This document shows positions 17,825 to 26,461 of a DNA stretch of 64,000 nt, in pieces. The stretch is from Anaerohalosphaeraceae bacterium (GTDB taxonomy: Bacteria; Planctomycetota; Phycisphaerae; Sedimentisphaerales; Anaerohalosphaeraceae), in assembly GCA_050309605.1 (NCBI GenBank), contig JBNRMN010000096.1:1-64000 (forward strand), in the 5' to 3' direction. Every line of letters starts with the position of its first letter. Positions within the stretch are counted from its first letter, which is position 1. The position numbers were made by a program, and so were the translations under genes. The notes under the pieces were generated by a model that searched no databases, was not told where the DNA came from, and worked only from the letters and a program-made list of their open reading frames with translations.

Positions 17825-18268
17825 CACCAGCGCGGACACCAGCACGATGCAACAGCGCGGCAGCGCGAGCTGCCCGATACGGCGTAACGCCGTGGGTGTC
17901 GCAATCCGGCCGCTCGCGCCGCTCGGCTATTGTAAGCTCTCCCCCTGTCAAGGGGGAGTACCCCCAAGGGGGGAGGGGGTATAAAAAAGAACAATTCCAT
18001 GGCCGCAGTGCGGCCAAATGGGAAACAGACAACAACGACGAACTGGCACGGGGGGGGACGCAACCACCCCTGTCCTGCTGGCGCAGGACGTCCCCTCCTT
18101 GAAAAAGGAGGGGAGCCAAACAATAGCGCGGCGGCGCAAGCCGCCCGATACAGGATGCGTGTGTGTTGAACGTTATCCAAGGCGTAGCATTATCCGGCTC
18201 ACTCGCGCGGCTCGGCTATTGTAAACAATAGCGCGGCGCAATAGCGCGGCCTCGCAAGGGTGCCCGAT
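17825..18268. repeat. REP/REPIN-like palindrome cluster, left of hsp20
   Basis: Alternating type-B (CAAYAGCGCG-stem-GCRA-stem-CCGAT) and inverted type-A hairpins. CTCCCCC..GGGGGAG-type palindromes at 17937-17958 and 18091-18114. Confidence 0.85.
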
Positions 18269-18387
18269 ACAAATACAGACAGGTCAACTCGACAGACAAG
18301 ACGTACCGTTTGGCTTATAGAATCAATCGCAAACGCTGTCGAAATGGCAGGGCATCGACCGCGGCGAAAGAAATACAAGTCTTTTAA

Positions 18388-18400
18388 TATCAATTACTTA
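18388..18400 (+). promoter_or_regulatory. Putative IHF-binding site
   Basis: TATCAATTACTTA matches WATCAANNNNTTR and lies just upstream of the sigma54 promoter. Confidence 0.6.
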
Positions 18401-18417
18401 CACTTGATTTTCTGGGC

Positions 18418-18433
18418 TGGCACGCTGTTTGCA
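18418..18433 (+). promoter_or_regulatory. Sigma54 (-24/-12) promoter of the hsp20 operon
   Basis: TGGCACGCTGTTTGCA is an exact TGGCACG-N4-TTGCW match. Confidence 0.85.
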
Positions 18434-18490
18434 ATTCCATTATTTGGAACGAAAAAATAAAACCGTTTTTATGAAATGGAGGTGATTGCT

Positions 18491-18931
18491 ATGTTGCTCA
18501 GTAAACGCTTTCCGTTTTGGGATATCGAGCGGACGCTCGATGAGATGAATCGTGTGTTTGATGCGTTCAGCGGTCCGGCCGGGCTGCGCAGTATGCCGGT
18601 CGGGGCGTTTCCGGCCCTGAACGTCTATGACGCCGGCGACAAGCTGGTCGTCACCGCCGAGATGCCCGGCGTCGATCCCGACGACATCGAGCTGAACGTC
18701 GTGGAAAACAGCCTGACCCTCAGCGGCAAACGCAACGGTCAGCCCGAAGGCGACGGCCTGCAGTACTATCGCCGCGAGCGGTTCGCCGGCCAGTTCAGCC
18801 GCACGATCGCGCTGGCCGAAAAGGTCAACCCCGACGCGGCCAAAGCGACCGCCAAAAACGGCATCCTGACCATCGAGCTGCCCAAGGCCGAAGACGCCAA
18901 ACCGCGCAGCATCAAGATCAAGGCCGAGTAA
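18491..18931 (+). CDS. Small heat shock protein (Hsp20/alpha-crystallin)
   Basis: FPALNVYD, AEMPGV, RRERFAGQFSRTI and NGILTIELPK. GGAGGTG RBS. Confidence 0.95.
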   Translation: MLLSKRFPFWDIERTLDEMNRVFDAFSGPAGLRSMPVGAFPALNVYDAGDKLVVTAEMPGVDPDDIELNVVENSLTLSGKRNGQPEGDGLQYYRRERFAGQFSRTIALAEKVNPDAAKATAKNGILTIELPKAEDAKPRSIKIKAE

Positions 18932-18981
18932 TCTAACCGCAGTGGAAGTTGTGAAAAATCATCATTCAGGAGGTGATTGTT

Positions 18982-19374
18982 ATGGCAGATAAAGAACTCA
19001 CCAAAAAAACACAGGCGGATGTAACCCGCCGACAGCAGCCGCAGGAACGGCCGGTCTTTGTCCCCGCGGCCGATATCTGGGAAACGCCGGACGCCATCAC
19101 GCTCAAACTGGACATGCCCGGCGTCGGGCCGGATGAAGTCGATGTCAACGTGCAGCGCGGAACGCTGCGTGTCCACGGCAAAGTCAACGCCGACACGCCT
19201 GAGACAGTCCTGTACGCCGAGCAGCGATTCGGCGATTTTGAGCGGGAGTTCACCCTCAGCGAGGACCTGGACACCGACAACGTCACCGCCGCGATGAACG
19301 CCGGCGTCCTGACCCTGACCATCGGCAAAGCCGACAAAGTCAAACCCCGAAAGATCGCCGTCAAGGCCGAGTAA
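18982..19374 (+). CDS. Small heat shock protein (Hsp20/alpha-crystallin), second paralog
   Basis: PAADIWET, DMPGV, FEREFTLS and GVLTLTIGK. AGGAGGTG RBS. Confidence 0.95.
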   Translation: MADKELTKKTQADVTRRQQPQERPVFVPAADIWETPDAITLKLDMPGVGPDEVDVNVQRGTLRVHGKVNADTPETVLYAEQRFGDFEREFTLSEDLDTDNVTAAMNAGVLTLTIGKADKVKPRKIAVKAE

Positions 19375-19400
19375 AAACGCGATTCCTCGGTTTCTTTACA

Positions 19401-19433
19401 GCCGCCCCCGCATCGTCGGGAGCGGCTTTTTTT
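19401..19433 (+). terminator. Rho-independent terminator of the hsp20 operon
   Basis: GCCGCCCCCG-CATCGT-CGGGAGCGGC followed by T7. Confidence 0.8.
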
Positions 19434-19447
19434 CACCCGACCCATAA

Positions 19448-19843
19448 ACAACAGCCGAACCGCGCAAGTGAGCCGGATTCATAACAATAGCCGAGCCGCG
19501 CAAGCGGCCGGATTGCGACACCCACGGCGTTACGTCCCCCATCGGGCCGCTTGCGCGGCCGCGCTGTTGTTCACGCTATTGTGCCGCGCTGGTGTTTACA
19601 ATAGCCGAGCCGCGCAAGCGGCCGGATCCTGTGGCGTCTTGCAAAACGCCCCCATCTATCCGCATCCCGTATCGGGCCGCTCGCGCGGCCGCGCTATTGC
19701 GCACGCTGGTGCGTTGCGTCATCGTACAATAGCCGAGCGGCGCGAGCCGCCGGATCATCTGGCGTCTTGGTAAACTTCCCATTTATCCGCATCTCCCCAT
19801 CGGGCGCCCTTGCGCCGCCGCGCTGTTGCGCCGCGCTGGTGTC
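19448..19843. repeat. REPIN/BIME-like array, right of hsp20: a lone type A plus three A/inverted-B doublets
   Basis: Type-A copies start at 19448, 19484, 19598 and 19726. Each of the last three is followed by an inverted type B (ATCGGGC..GCGCTRTTG). Confidence 0.88.
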
Positions 19844-20041
19844 GCCCCGAAGGGGCAACATATCCCAGCCCAGGGCAACGCCCTGGGTTAAATCGGCCAT
19901 ACGCCATACGCCCCGACGCTCTGAAAGAGCAGTCTATATTGCCCTTTCAGAGCGTTTCCAAGCCTTGCAGGTCGGATCGAATTTTTATTGTTTTATAATC
20001 CCTTCGGCGCCTTCGGCGACACTGCCCCTTGACAGGGAGAG
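19844..20041. repeat. Additional palindromic repeat families (GCCCCGAAGGGGC / CCCAGGGCAACGCCCTGGG / GCTCTGAAAG..CTTTCAGAGC) and an inverted CCCTGTCAAGGGG element
   Basis: Direct reading of the hairpins. 19979-20041 is a degenerate reverse complement of 17937-17998. Confidence 0.7.
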
Positions 20042-20061
20042 TGCTTGTTGCGGGTTATTGA

Positions 20062-20928
20062 TTATTTTGTTTTCTGGTAAACTCTGACGTAGTCGATTTT
20101 GTAGTGTGTGGGCAAGGAGGTGTTTGACGGGTCTCCGCCTTGTGTGCCGCCGATGGCCAGGTTCAGCAGGAGGTAATGGGGTTGCCTGAAGGGGTTGAAC
20201 CCGTCGTCGTAGGTGGCCTGGCGGATATCGATTTCATTAAGCAAAATCTCATCGACAGACAGCCGGATGGAGTTCTCGTCCCAGTCCATTCGCCAGACGT
20301 GGAATTCATCGGCCCAATTGGGATTGCCGGTCTTTTCGATCAGGTCTTCGATGGGCGTCTTGCTGTCTTGCCAGTGCGTCCCGTAGGGCGTCTGCTGGTC
20401 CCACCAGCACACATTGGCCAGGATCAAGCCGCGATAATACTCCATCAGGTCGATCTCGCCGCACTGCGGCCATCGCCGCTCGACGCCGAGCATCCAGATC
20501 GCCGGCCACAGCCCGTCGCGGGCGTCGATTTTGGCCCGCACCTCAAACCGCCCGTATTGCCACTGGTGTTTGCCCCGTGTCAGCAGGCTGGCGGCGGTGT
20601 ATTCAATCGTTTCCCGCGACCGGCCCCAATGCCGGCTGCCCGGTTCATATGTGGGATTGGGTTTTCGTTCGCGGCGGCCTTCGATGATCAGCATCCCGTC
20701 CCGACACACCGCATTCTCCGGCTGATACCACTGAAGCTCGCGATTCCGCACAAACCCCCGCTCATAGCCCCAGTGGTTCGGATCCGGCCGCCCGTTCATG
20801 TCAAATTCATCGTGCCAGACCAGCCGCCAGCCGGGATAGTGCCGAATCCCCGCCTGATCTTCGGCGGCATAACCGCTTGCCGCACCGGCAATCAAAAGCA
20901 TCACCGCCGCAATAGGCGTCGTATCCAT
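20062..20928 (-). CDS. Secreted glycoside hydrolase family 16 (beta-glucanase-like)
   Basis: Signal peptide, LVWHDEFD, GLWPAIWML, catalytic GEIDLME, and LLNLAIGG. Confidence 0.92.
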   Translation of the reverse strand: MDTTPIAAVMLLIAGAASGYAAEDQAGIRHYPGWRLVWHDEFDMNGRPDPNHWGYERGFVRNRELQWYQPENAVCRDGMLIIEGRRERKPNPTYEPGSRHWGRSRETIEYTAASLLTRGKHQWQYGRFEVRAKIDARDGLWPAIWMLGVERRWPQCGEIDLMEYYRGLILANVCWWDQQTPYGTHWQDSKTPIEDLIEKTGNPNWADEFHVWRMDWDENSIRLSVDEILLNEIDIRQATYDDGFNPFRQPHYLLLNLAIGGTQGGDPSNTSLPTHYKIDYVRVYQKTK

Positions 20929-21141
20929 AAAAGCCTCCGCAGACCCATAAGCAAGTAAAAGATGTTTCCTATTTTAATTACACAAAACATATCATGACAT
21001 CTACCGCATCCTATACAATTGCCCCGATAGGTCAAGATGAAATCGTTCTGCGATTGCTTTGGCAGATAAGGTTGAATCAATCGGGTATTTCGGCTATAAA
21101 GGCGTCAAATGGTTAAATCAAGAGAATGAATTGAGGTGAAC

Positions 21142-22264
21142 ATGGAATTATTCGAATTACGCGCGTCGTTGACGGCGCTGGAGGCCCGGGTCGCTGAGAT
21201 TCGGGACTGGCTTTGACTTGCCGGCCAAACAGTCAACACGGCAGGAATTGGAACAGGTTATGGCCGAGCCGGGCTTTTGGGACAATCCCGAAACAGCCCG
21301 CGGCGTGGTCTCACAGGTCAGTGCGCTCAAGTCGGTCATTGAGCCGGTAACCCGACTGGAAAAGGCGGTGGCCGACGCGATGGATCTGTTTACGCTGGCC
21401 GAAGAGGAAAACGACGAGCAGACGCTCGCGGCCATTGAAGCGGATCTGGAAAACCTTCAAAAAGAGTGCGACCGCATCGAAATTACCGGCATGCTCAGCG
21501 GTCCGGACGATATGCGCAGTTGTTTTTTCAGCATCCACGCCGGCGCCGGCGGCACGGAAAGCTGCGACTGGGCCGCGATGCTGCTGCGCATGTACACGCG
21601 ATACTTCGACGAAAACGGCTTGTCTTACGAACAGATGGACATCACACCCGGTGAAGAGGCCGGCGTCCGCTCGGTAACGCTGCGGGTCAGCGGGCCGTTT
21701 GCCTTCGGCAAGCTCTCCTGTGAGGTCGGCGTCCATCGGCTCGTGCGGATCAGCCCCTTCGATTCCCAGGGCCGTCGCCACACCAGTTTTGTTGCGGTCG
21801 ATGTCATCCCCGAATACGACGAAGATATCGAAATCGAAATCAAAGACGACGACCTGCGCGTCGATACCTATCGCGCCGGCGGAGCGGGCGGCCAGCACGT
21901 CAACAAAACCAGCTCGGCCGTGCGCATCACCCATATCCCGACCGGCATTGTCGTCCAGTGCCAAAACGACCGCAGCCAGCATAAAAACCGCGCTGAAGCC
22001 ATGCGCATGCTCAAGAGCCGTCTGTATATGCTCCAGCAGCAGAAACGCGACGCCGAACTGGCGAAAATGTACAGCAACAAAGGCGAAATCGCCTGGGGCA
22101 ATCAAATTCGCAGCTACGTGCTTCAGCCCTATCAGATGGTCAAAGACCACCGCACCGACTGTCAGACCGGCAATGTCAACGCCGTACTGGACGGCGACAT
22201 TGAGCTGTTCATCGAAAGCTACCTGCGCCATCGCGCAGAAAAGAAAAACAAGGCGAAAAAATAG
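21142..22264 (+). CDS. prfB: Peptide chain release factor 2 with programmed +1 frameshift at CTT TGA C (21211-21217)
   Basis: A 24-codon first frame ends CTT-TGA. The +1 frame carries the SPF recognition motif and GGQ. Confidence 0.97.
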
Positions 22265-22327
22265 TTCTTGGTTCGTTGTTTTGAGTAAAAAGTGTTGCGA
22301 TTTTGTTCAAGGATAGGGATTGGGCCA

Positions 22328-23860
22328 ATGAAAAATCGGATTATTGAGGTGTCAATCGGCACACGGCGGGCGGATGCGGCGACGGTCAAGACGGATCTGC
22401 TGGCCGTCGGTGTCTTTGAGGATGGCCCGTGTTGTGCGGCCTCGCAGGCTGTCAACCACAAGCTGGGCAACCCGCTCAAACGGCTCAAACAACTGGGCGA
22501 CTTTGAGGGCAAAGCCCAAACCTCTGCGATGGTCTATACCGACGGCAAGATAGCCGCGTCGCGGGTGCTGTTTGTGGGGCTGGGGCCGCGTGACAAGGCC
22601 GACACGCAGACGCTGTTCAAGGCCGCGGCGCTGGCCGCACATCAGGCCGTTGATCGAAAGGCCAAAACGCTCGGTCTGCTGCTCTATTGTGCCCAGGGCA
22701 AGGCCGCGCCGGTTCCCCTGGAGCAGGCCGGCCAGGCCATCGCCGAAGGGATGGGCTTCGGCGCCTATCGCTATGACGAATATATTGAGCAGGCCGCGAA
22801 AAAGCGGGCATCGAAGTTGACCGCGACGATTCTGACCGCCGAAGCAAAGACCGCCGCCGCGCTGAAAAAAGGCGCCGCTATCGGTGCGATCACCGCCGCA
22901 GCCCAAAGCTACGCGCGCACCATCGCCAACCGTCCGGCCAATGTGATTACCCCGGCGACGCTGGCTGCGGAGGCCAAAAAACTGGCCGCGTCGATCCCGT
23001 CGCTGCGATGCAGTGTGCTCGAACAAAAGCAGTTGAGCACCAAAAAAATGGGCGGTATCCTGGCTGTCGGACAAGGTTCGGCCAATTCGCCGCGGCTGAT
23101 CGTTTTGGAGTACAAACCCGCCGGCACGACAGCCAAAACGCCTGTTATCGGACTGGTGGGCAAGGCCATCACCTTCGACTCCGGCGGCATTTCGCTCAAA
23201 CCCGGCCAGGGAATGGAAGATATGAAATTCGACAAATCCGGCGGCATCGCGGTGTTGGGGGCCATGCGGGCCATCGCGCACCTTGAGCCGAAGGTCCACG
23301 TCATCGGCCTGATCCCGGCCGCGGAGAATATGCCCAGCGGCACCAGCTACCGCCCCGGCGACATCGTCACCACCTACAGCGGCAAGACGGTCGAAATCCA
23401 GAACACCGACGCCGAAGGACGGATGATTTTGTGCGACGCGATAGCCTACGCTAAAACCCTCGGCTGTCGAACGATTGTGGATATGGCGACCCTGACCGGG
23501 GCGTGCGTGGTTGCTGTCGGCACCAAACGCGCCGGCCTGATGGGCAATGACGAATCCCTGATCGAACAGCTTAAGGCCGCCGCCGTCAGAACCGGCGAGC
23601 GGGTCTGGCATCTGCCCTGCGATGATGAGTTCGTCGAGGCGATGAAAAGTAAAATCGCCGACCTCAAGAACATTGGCGGCAAGTGGGGCGGCGCCTGTAC
23701 CGCCGCGGCCTTTCTCAGCCAATTTGCTGAAGGCGTCAAGTGGGCGCATATCGATATGGCCGGCGTCGGCGTCTGGGGAGCAGACGAAAAACAAGCCCCC
23801 GGATCCATCGGTTTCGGCGTGCGTTTATTGACGGAATTCATCAGGACCCAGGGCAAATAA
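22328..23860 (+). CDS. pepA: Leucyl aminopeptidase (M17)
   Basis: VGKAITFDSGGISLK, MKFDKSG, ENMPSG and NTDAEGR. Confidence 0.95.
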   Translation: MKNRIIEVSIGTRRADAATVKTDLLAVGVFEDGPCCAASQAVNHKLGNPLKRLKQLGDFEGKAQTSAMVYTDGKIAASRVLFVGLGPRDKADTQTLFKAAALAAHQAVDRKAKTLGLLLYCAQGKAAPVPLEQAGQAIAEGMGFGAYRYDEYIEQAAKKRASKLTATILTAEAKTAAALKKGAAIGAITAAAQSYARTIANRPANVITPATLAAEAKKLAASIPSLRCSVLEQKQLSTKKMGGILAVGQGSANSPRLIVLEYKPAGTTAKTPVIGLVGKAITFDSGGISLKPGQGMEDMKFDKSGGIAVLGAMRAIAHLEPKVHVIGLIPAAENMPSGTSYRPGDIVTTYSGKTVEIQNTDAEGRMILCDAIAYAKTLGCRTIVDMATLTGACVVAVGTKRAGLMGNDESLIEQLKAAAVRTGERVWHLPCDDEFVEAMKSKIADLKNIGGKWGGACTAAAFLSQFAEGVKWAHIDMAGVGVWGADEKQAPGSIGFGVRLLTEFIRTQGK

Positions 23861-24001
23861 CCAGAAATAAAACGTCTTTTTATTCTAAAATCTCCCGATT
23901 TATGAATAAAATTTTGACAAATAATTGAAAATATTGTAAAACTCCGCAAATGTGTCGTTTTGATGTCAATGTTCGCTTAAATTGTTGAAATTTTGCGAAA
24001 A

Positions 24002-24649
24002 ATGGAAAAACCTGAGATTATGACCGTTGCTGAGGTGGCCGAGTTTTTGCGCGTCTCCGAGCGCACCGTCTATGACTGGGCGGTCAACGGCACGATACCC
24101 TGCGGCAAGCTGGGCACGGCGTGGCGATTCAAACGGTCGCAGATCGAACAGTGGGTCGATGACAATCTGTCCGGTTCGCAAAAGCCGGTATCGTTTACGC
24201 CGATCTCAATTTCTCAGATTTTATCCCCCCAAAATGTCCTAATTATTTCCGACACACAAAAAGACAGTGCCCTGATACGAATCATCGAGCATGTGGCCGA
24301 TGCCGGCTGTATTGACAACAAAGAAGCGGTACTGGAGGGTGTTTTTCAGCGCGAACGCCTCATGTCCACCGGCATCGGGTTGGGCGTGGGCATTCCGCAC
24401 ATTCGTCGGAAAGGAATCGATGATCTGCTGATGGCCGTGGCGCTGAGCACCTGCCCGATTGCCGATTATGAGACACTGGACAACGTCCCCGTTCGACTGA
24501 TTTTTATGATTCTGGCCGGCCAGCACCAGCACACGCTTCACATCAAGACCATGGCCGCGATCAGCAGCCGAATACGCAATCCGGTACTGCGGGAAATGCT
24601 CATGCAGGCCGACAGCGCCCAAATACTCTATGACTTGTTAACACGCTGA
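24002..24649 (+). CDS. HTH_17 DNA-binding domain fused to PTS EIIA (Fru/Ntr-type) domain
   Basis: MTVAEVAEFLRVSERTVYDW HTH, then RERLMSTGIGLGVGIPH with the phospho-His. Confidence 0.88.
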   Translation: MEKPEIMTVAEVAEFLRVSERTVYDWAVNGTIPCGKLGTAWRFKRSQIEQWVDDNLSGSQKPVSFTPISISQILSPQNVLIISDTQKDSALIRIIEHVADAGCIDNKEAVLEGVFQRERLMSTGIGLGVGIPHIRRKGIDDLLMAVALSTCPIADYETLDNVPVRLIFMILAGQHQHTLHIKTMAAISSRIRNPVLREMLMQADSAQILYDLLTR

Positions 24650-24660
24650 GGATTGGATCA

Positions 24661-26349
24661 ATGGGAGTTATAACCGCCGCGCTGGTGGAGATACATTTTG
24701 GGATTCTGGTACTGCTGGGTACCGGCGTTCTGGGCGGCGCGTTGGGGGCGTGGTTTTTCCAGAAAATCCGCATTCCGCAAGTGGTCGGGTACATCGTCGT
24801 CGGTTTGGTCATCGGCCGAAGCGGCCTGAAGCTGCTCGATACCGCCCAAATCGACCAGCTTCGTTCATTTACCTGGTTTGCACTGGGGCTGATCGGGTTT
24901 CTCGTCGGCGGTGAGCTGAAACTCGACACGTTTCGGCAATACGGCCGCCAGTTTTTTCAGATATTGTTTTGGGAAGGGGCGCTGTCGTTTTTATTGGTCT
25001 CAACGACCTCCGGCTTGATTGTCTATGCCGTGACCCGGAATGCCGCCGCCGCGGCCGCGGCCGGGGTGGTCTTCGGGGCGATTGCCTCGGCCACGGATCC
25101 GGCCTCAACCGTGGAAGTCCTCTGGGAATACCGCGCCAAAGGCATACTGACGCTGACGGTTATCGCCGTTATCGCTCTGGACGATGCGCTGGCGATGCTG
25201 CTGTACGGCCTCGGAACCAGTGTCGCCGAAATGCTGACCGGCGGCGGACATCATTGGCTCAGCCAGATGGGCAGGGTCGTGATGGAACTGCTGGGGTCGG
25301 TCGTTTTTGGACTGCTGGGCGGTGCGGTGATGATGCTGTTTCTGCGATTTGTACACCACAAACAGGAACGCACACTGGCAGTCGCGGTCGGGCTGCTGCT
25401 GATGATGATTGGACTGGCGACGACGGCCCATCTGGATGTGATTCTGGTGACCATGGTGATGGGGCTGGTTTTAACCAATACGGTGCCTCACCATGCTGAA
25501 AAACTGTTCGTGCTGATCAAAAGTTTTTCCGTGCCGATCTATGTGATGTTTTTCGTGATGGTCGGGGCACGTCTGAGCATCGGCCAGTTGCCGAGCTGGT
25601 TGTGGGCAATCGTGGCGGTGTATGTCGCGGGACGAACCATCGGCAAGATGGTCGGCTGCTGGCTGGGCGCCAAACTCAGCGGCGCACCGCAGCTGGTCCA
25701 GCGCTATTGCGGGCTGGCCTTGTTTCCCCAGGGCGGCGTGGCGATTGGGCTGTCGATTATGGCCACCCAGCATCTGGGCGGTATCGCGGTCGATGAAACG
25801 TACACCCTCGGCGAGGTGGTGGTGGCCGGCGTGACCGCTACCACCCTTATCGTTCAGCTCATAGGCCCTTCCATGGTCAAATTAAGCGTACGTATGGCCA
25901 ATGAACTGGGTCGCAATGTAACCGAAGAAGATGTGATGGACTCCCTGACGGTGGGGCAGACAGCCATGGCCGACATTGCCCCCGTACGGCAGACCGACAG
26001 CATCGGAACCCTGCTGCGGCGTTTTTCCGACGGGGAAAATCTGGCCTATCCGGTCGTCGATGCGGACGGGAAAATGACCGGGTTGGTCACCCTGGCTCAT
26101 CTTAAAGACTTATTAACCAGCAGCGATTGCTGGGATTGGATGGTCGTTGCCGATGTGATGGTCTCGGATATGCAGGGAGTATCTGAGTCCATGCCGTTGG
26201 CTGCGGCGTTACAACTCATTGAAGATACCGGCTGTGAGCAGATACCGGTGCTCAGCGAGCCGACCGGACGCCCCGTCGGTATCCTCGACCTGCGGCACGC
26301 CAAAAAAATCGTGCATCAGGAATTGATTCGTCTTCAGACGCGCACCTGA
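24661..26349 (+). CDS. Cation:proton antiporter with C-terminal CBS pair
   Basis: About 12 TM helices with IASATDPAST, ALDDALA and PQGGVAIGL, plus a CBS tail. Confidence 0.88.
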   Translation: MGVITAALVEIHFGILVLLGTGVLGGALGAWFFQKIRIPQVVGYIVVGLVIGRSGLKLLDTAQIDQLRSFTWFALGLIGFLVGGELKLDTFRQYGRQFFQILFWEGALSFLLVSTTSGLIVYAVTRNAAAAAAAGVVFGAIASATDPASTVEVLWEYRAKGILTLTVIAVIALDDALAMLLYGLGTSVAEMLTGGGHHWLSQMGRVVMELLGSVVFGLLGGAVMMLFLRFVHHKQERTLAVAVGLLLMMIGLATTAHLDVILVTMVMGLVLTNTVPHHAEKLFVLIKSFSVPIYVMFFVMVGARLSIGQLPSWLWAIVAVYVAGRTIGKMVGCWLGAKLSGAPQLVQRYCGLALFPQGGVAIGLSIMATQHLGGIAVDETYTLGEVVVAGVTATTLIVQLIGPSMVKLSVRMANELGRNVTEEDVMDSLTVGQTAMADIAPVRQTDSIGTLLRRFSDGENLAYPVVDADGKMTGLVTLAHLKDLLTSSDCWDWMVVADVMVSDMQGVSESMPLAAALQLIEDTGCEQIPVLSEPTGRPVGILDLRHAKKIVHQELIRLQTRT

Positions 26350-26461
26350 CAGACTCGACGGTTCTTCAGACGAATCCCGAAGCGGCAACAGACAGACACG
26401 GGTTCGATCTTGTCAAGGGTCGAACGGACATAGTGCAATCGATTTCAAACGAGGAAATACG

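Noticed and set aside
17629..18460. Short ORFs across the repeat clusters (also 15002-15352 and 19468-20087)
   Set aside because: They are translations of palindromic repeats (recurrent NSRAAQAAG) with no coding evidence.
19448..19843. CRISPR array
   Set aside because: Repeats alternate in orientation and vary in sequence, spacers resemble each other, periods are 114-128 nt, and no cas genes are present. This fits a REPIN/BIME-type array.
17245..20061. tRNA-Leu-anchored integrative island
   Set aside because: I found no duplicated tRNA 3' end and no integrase.
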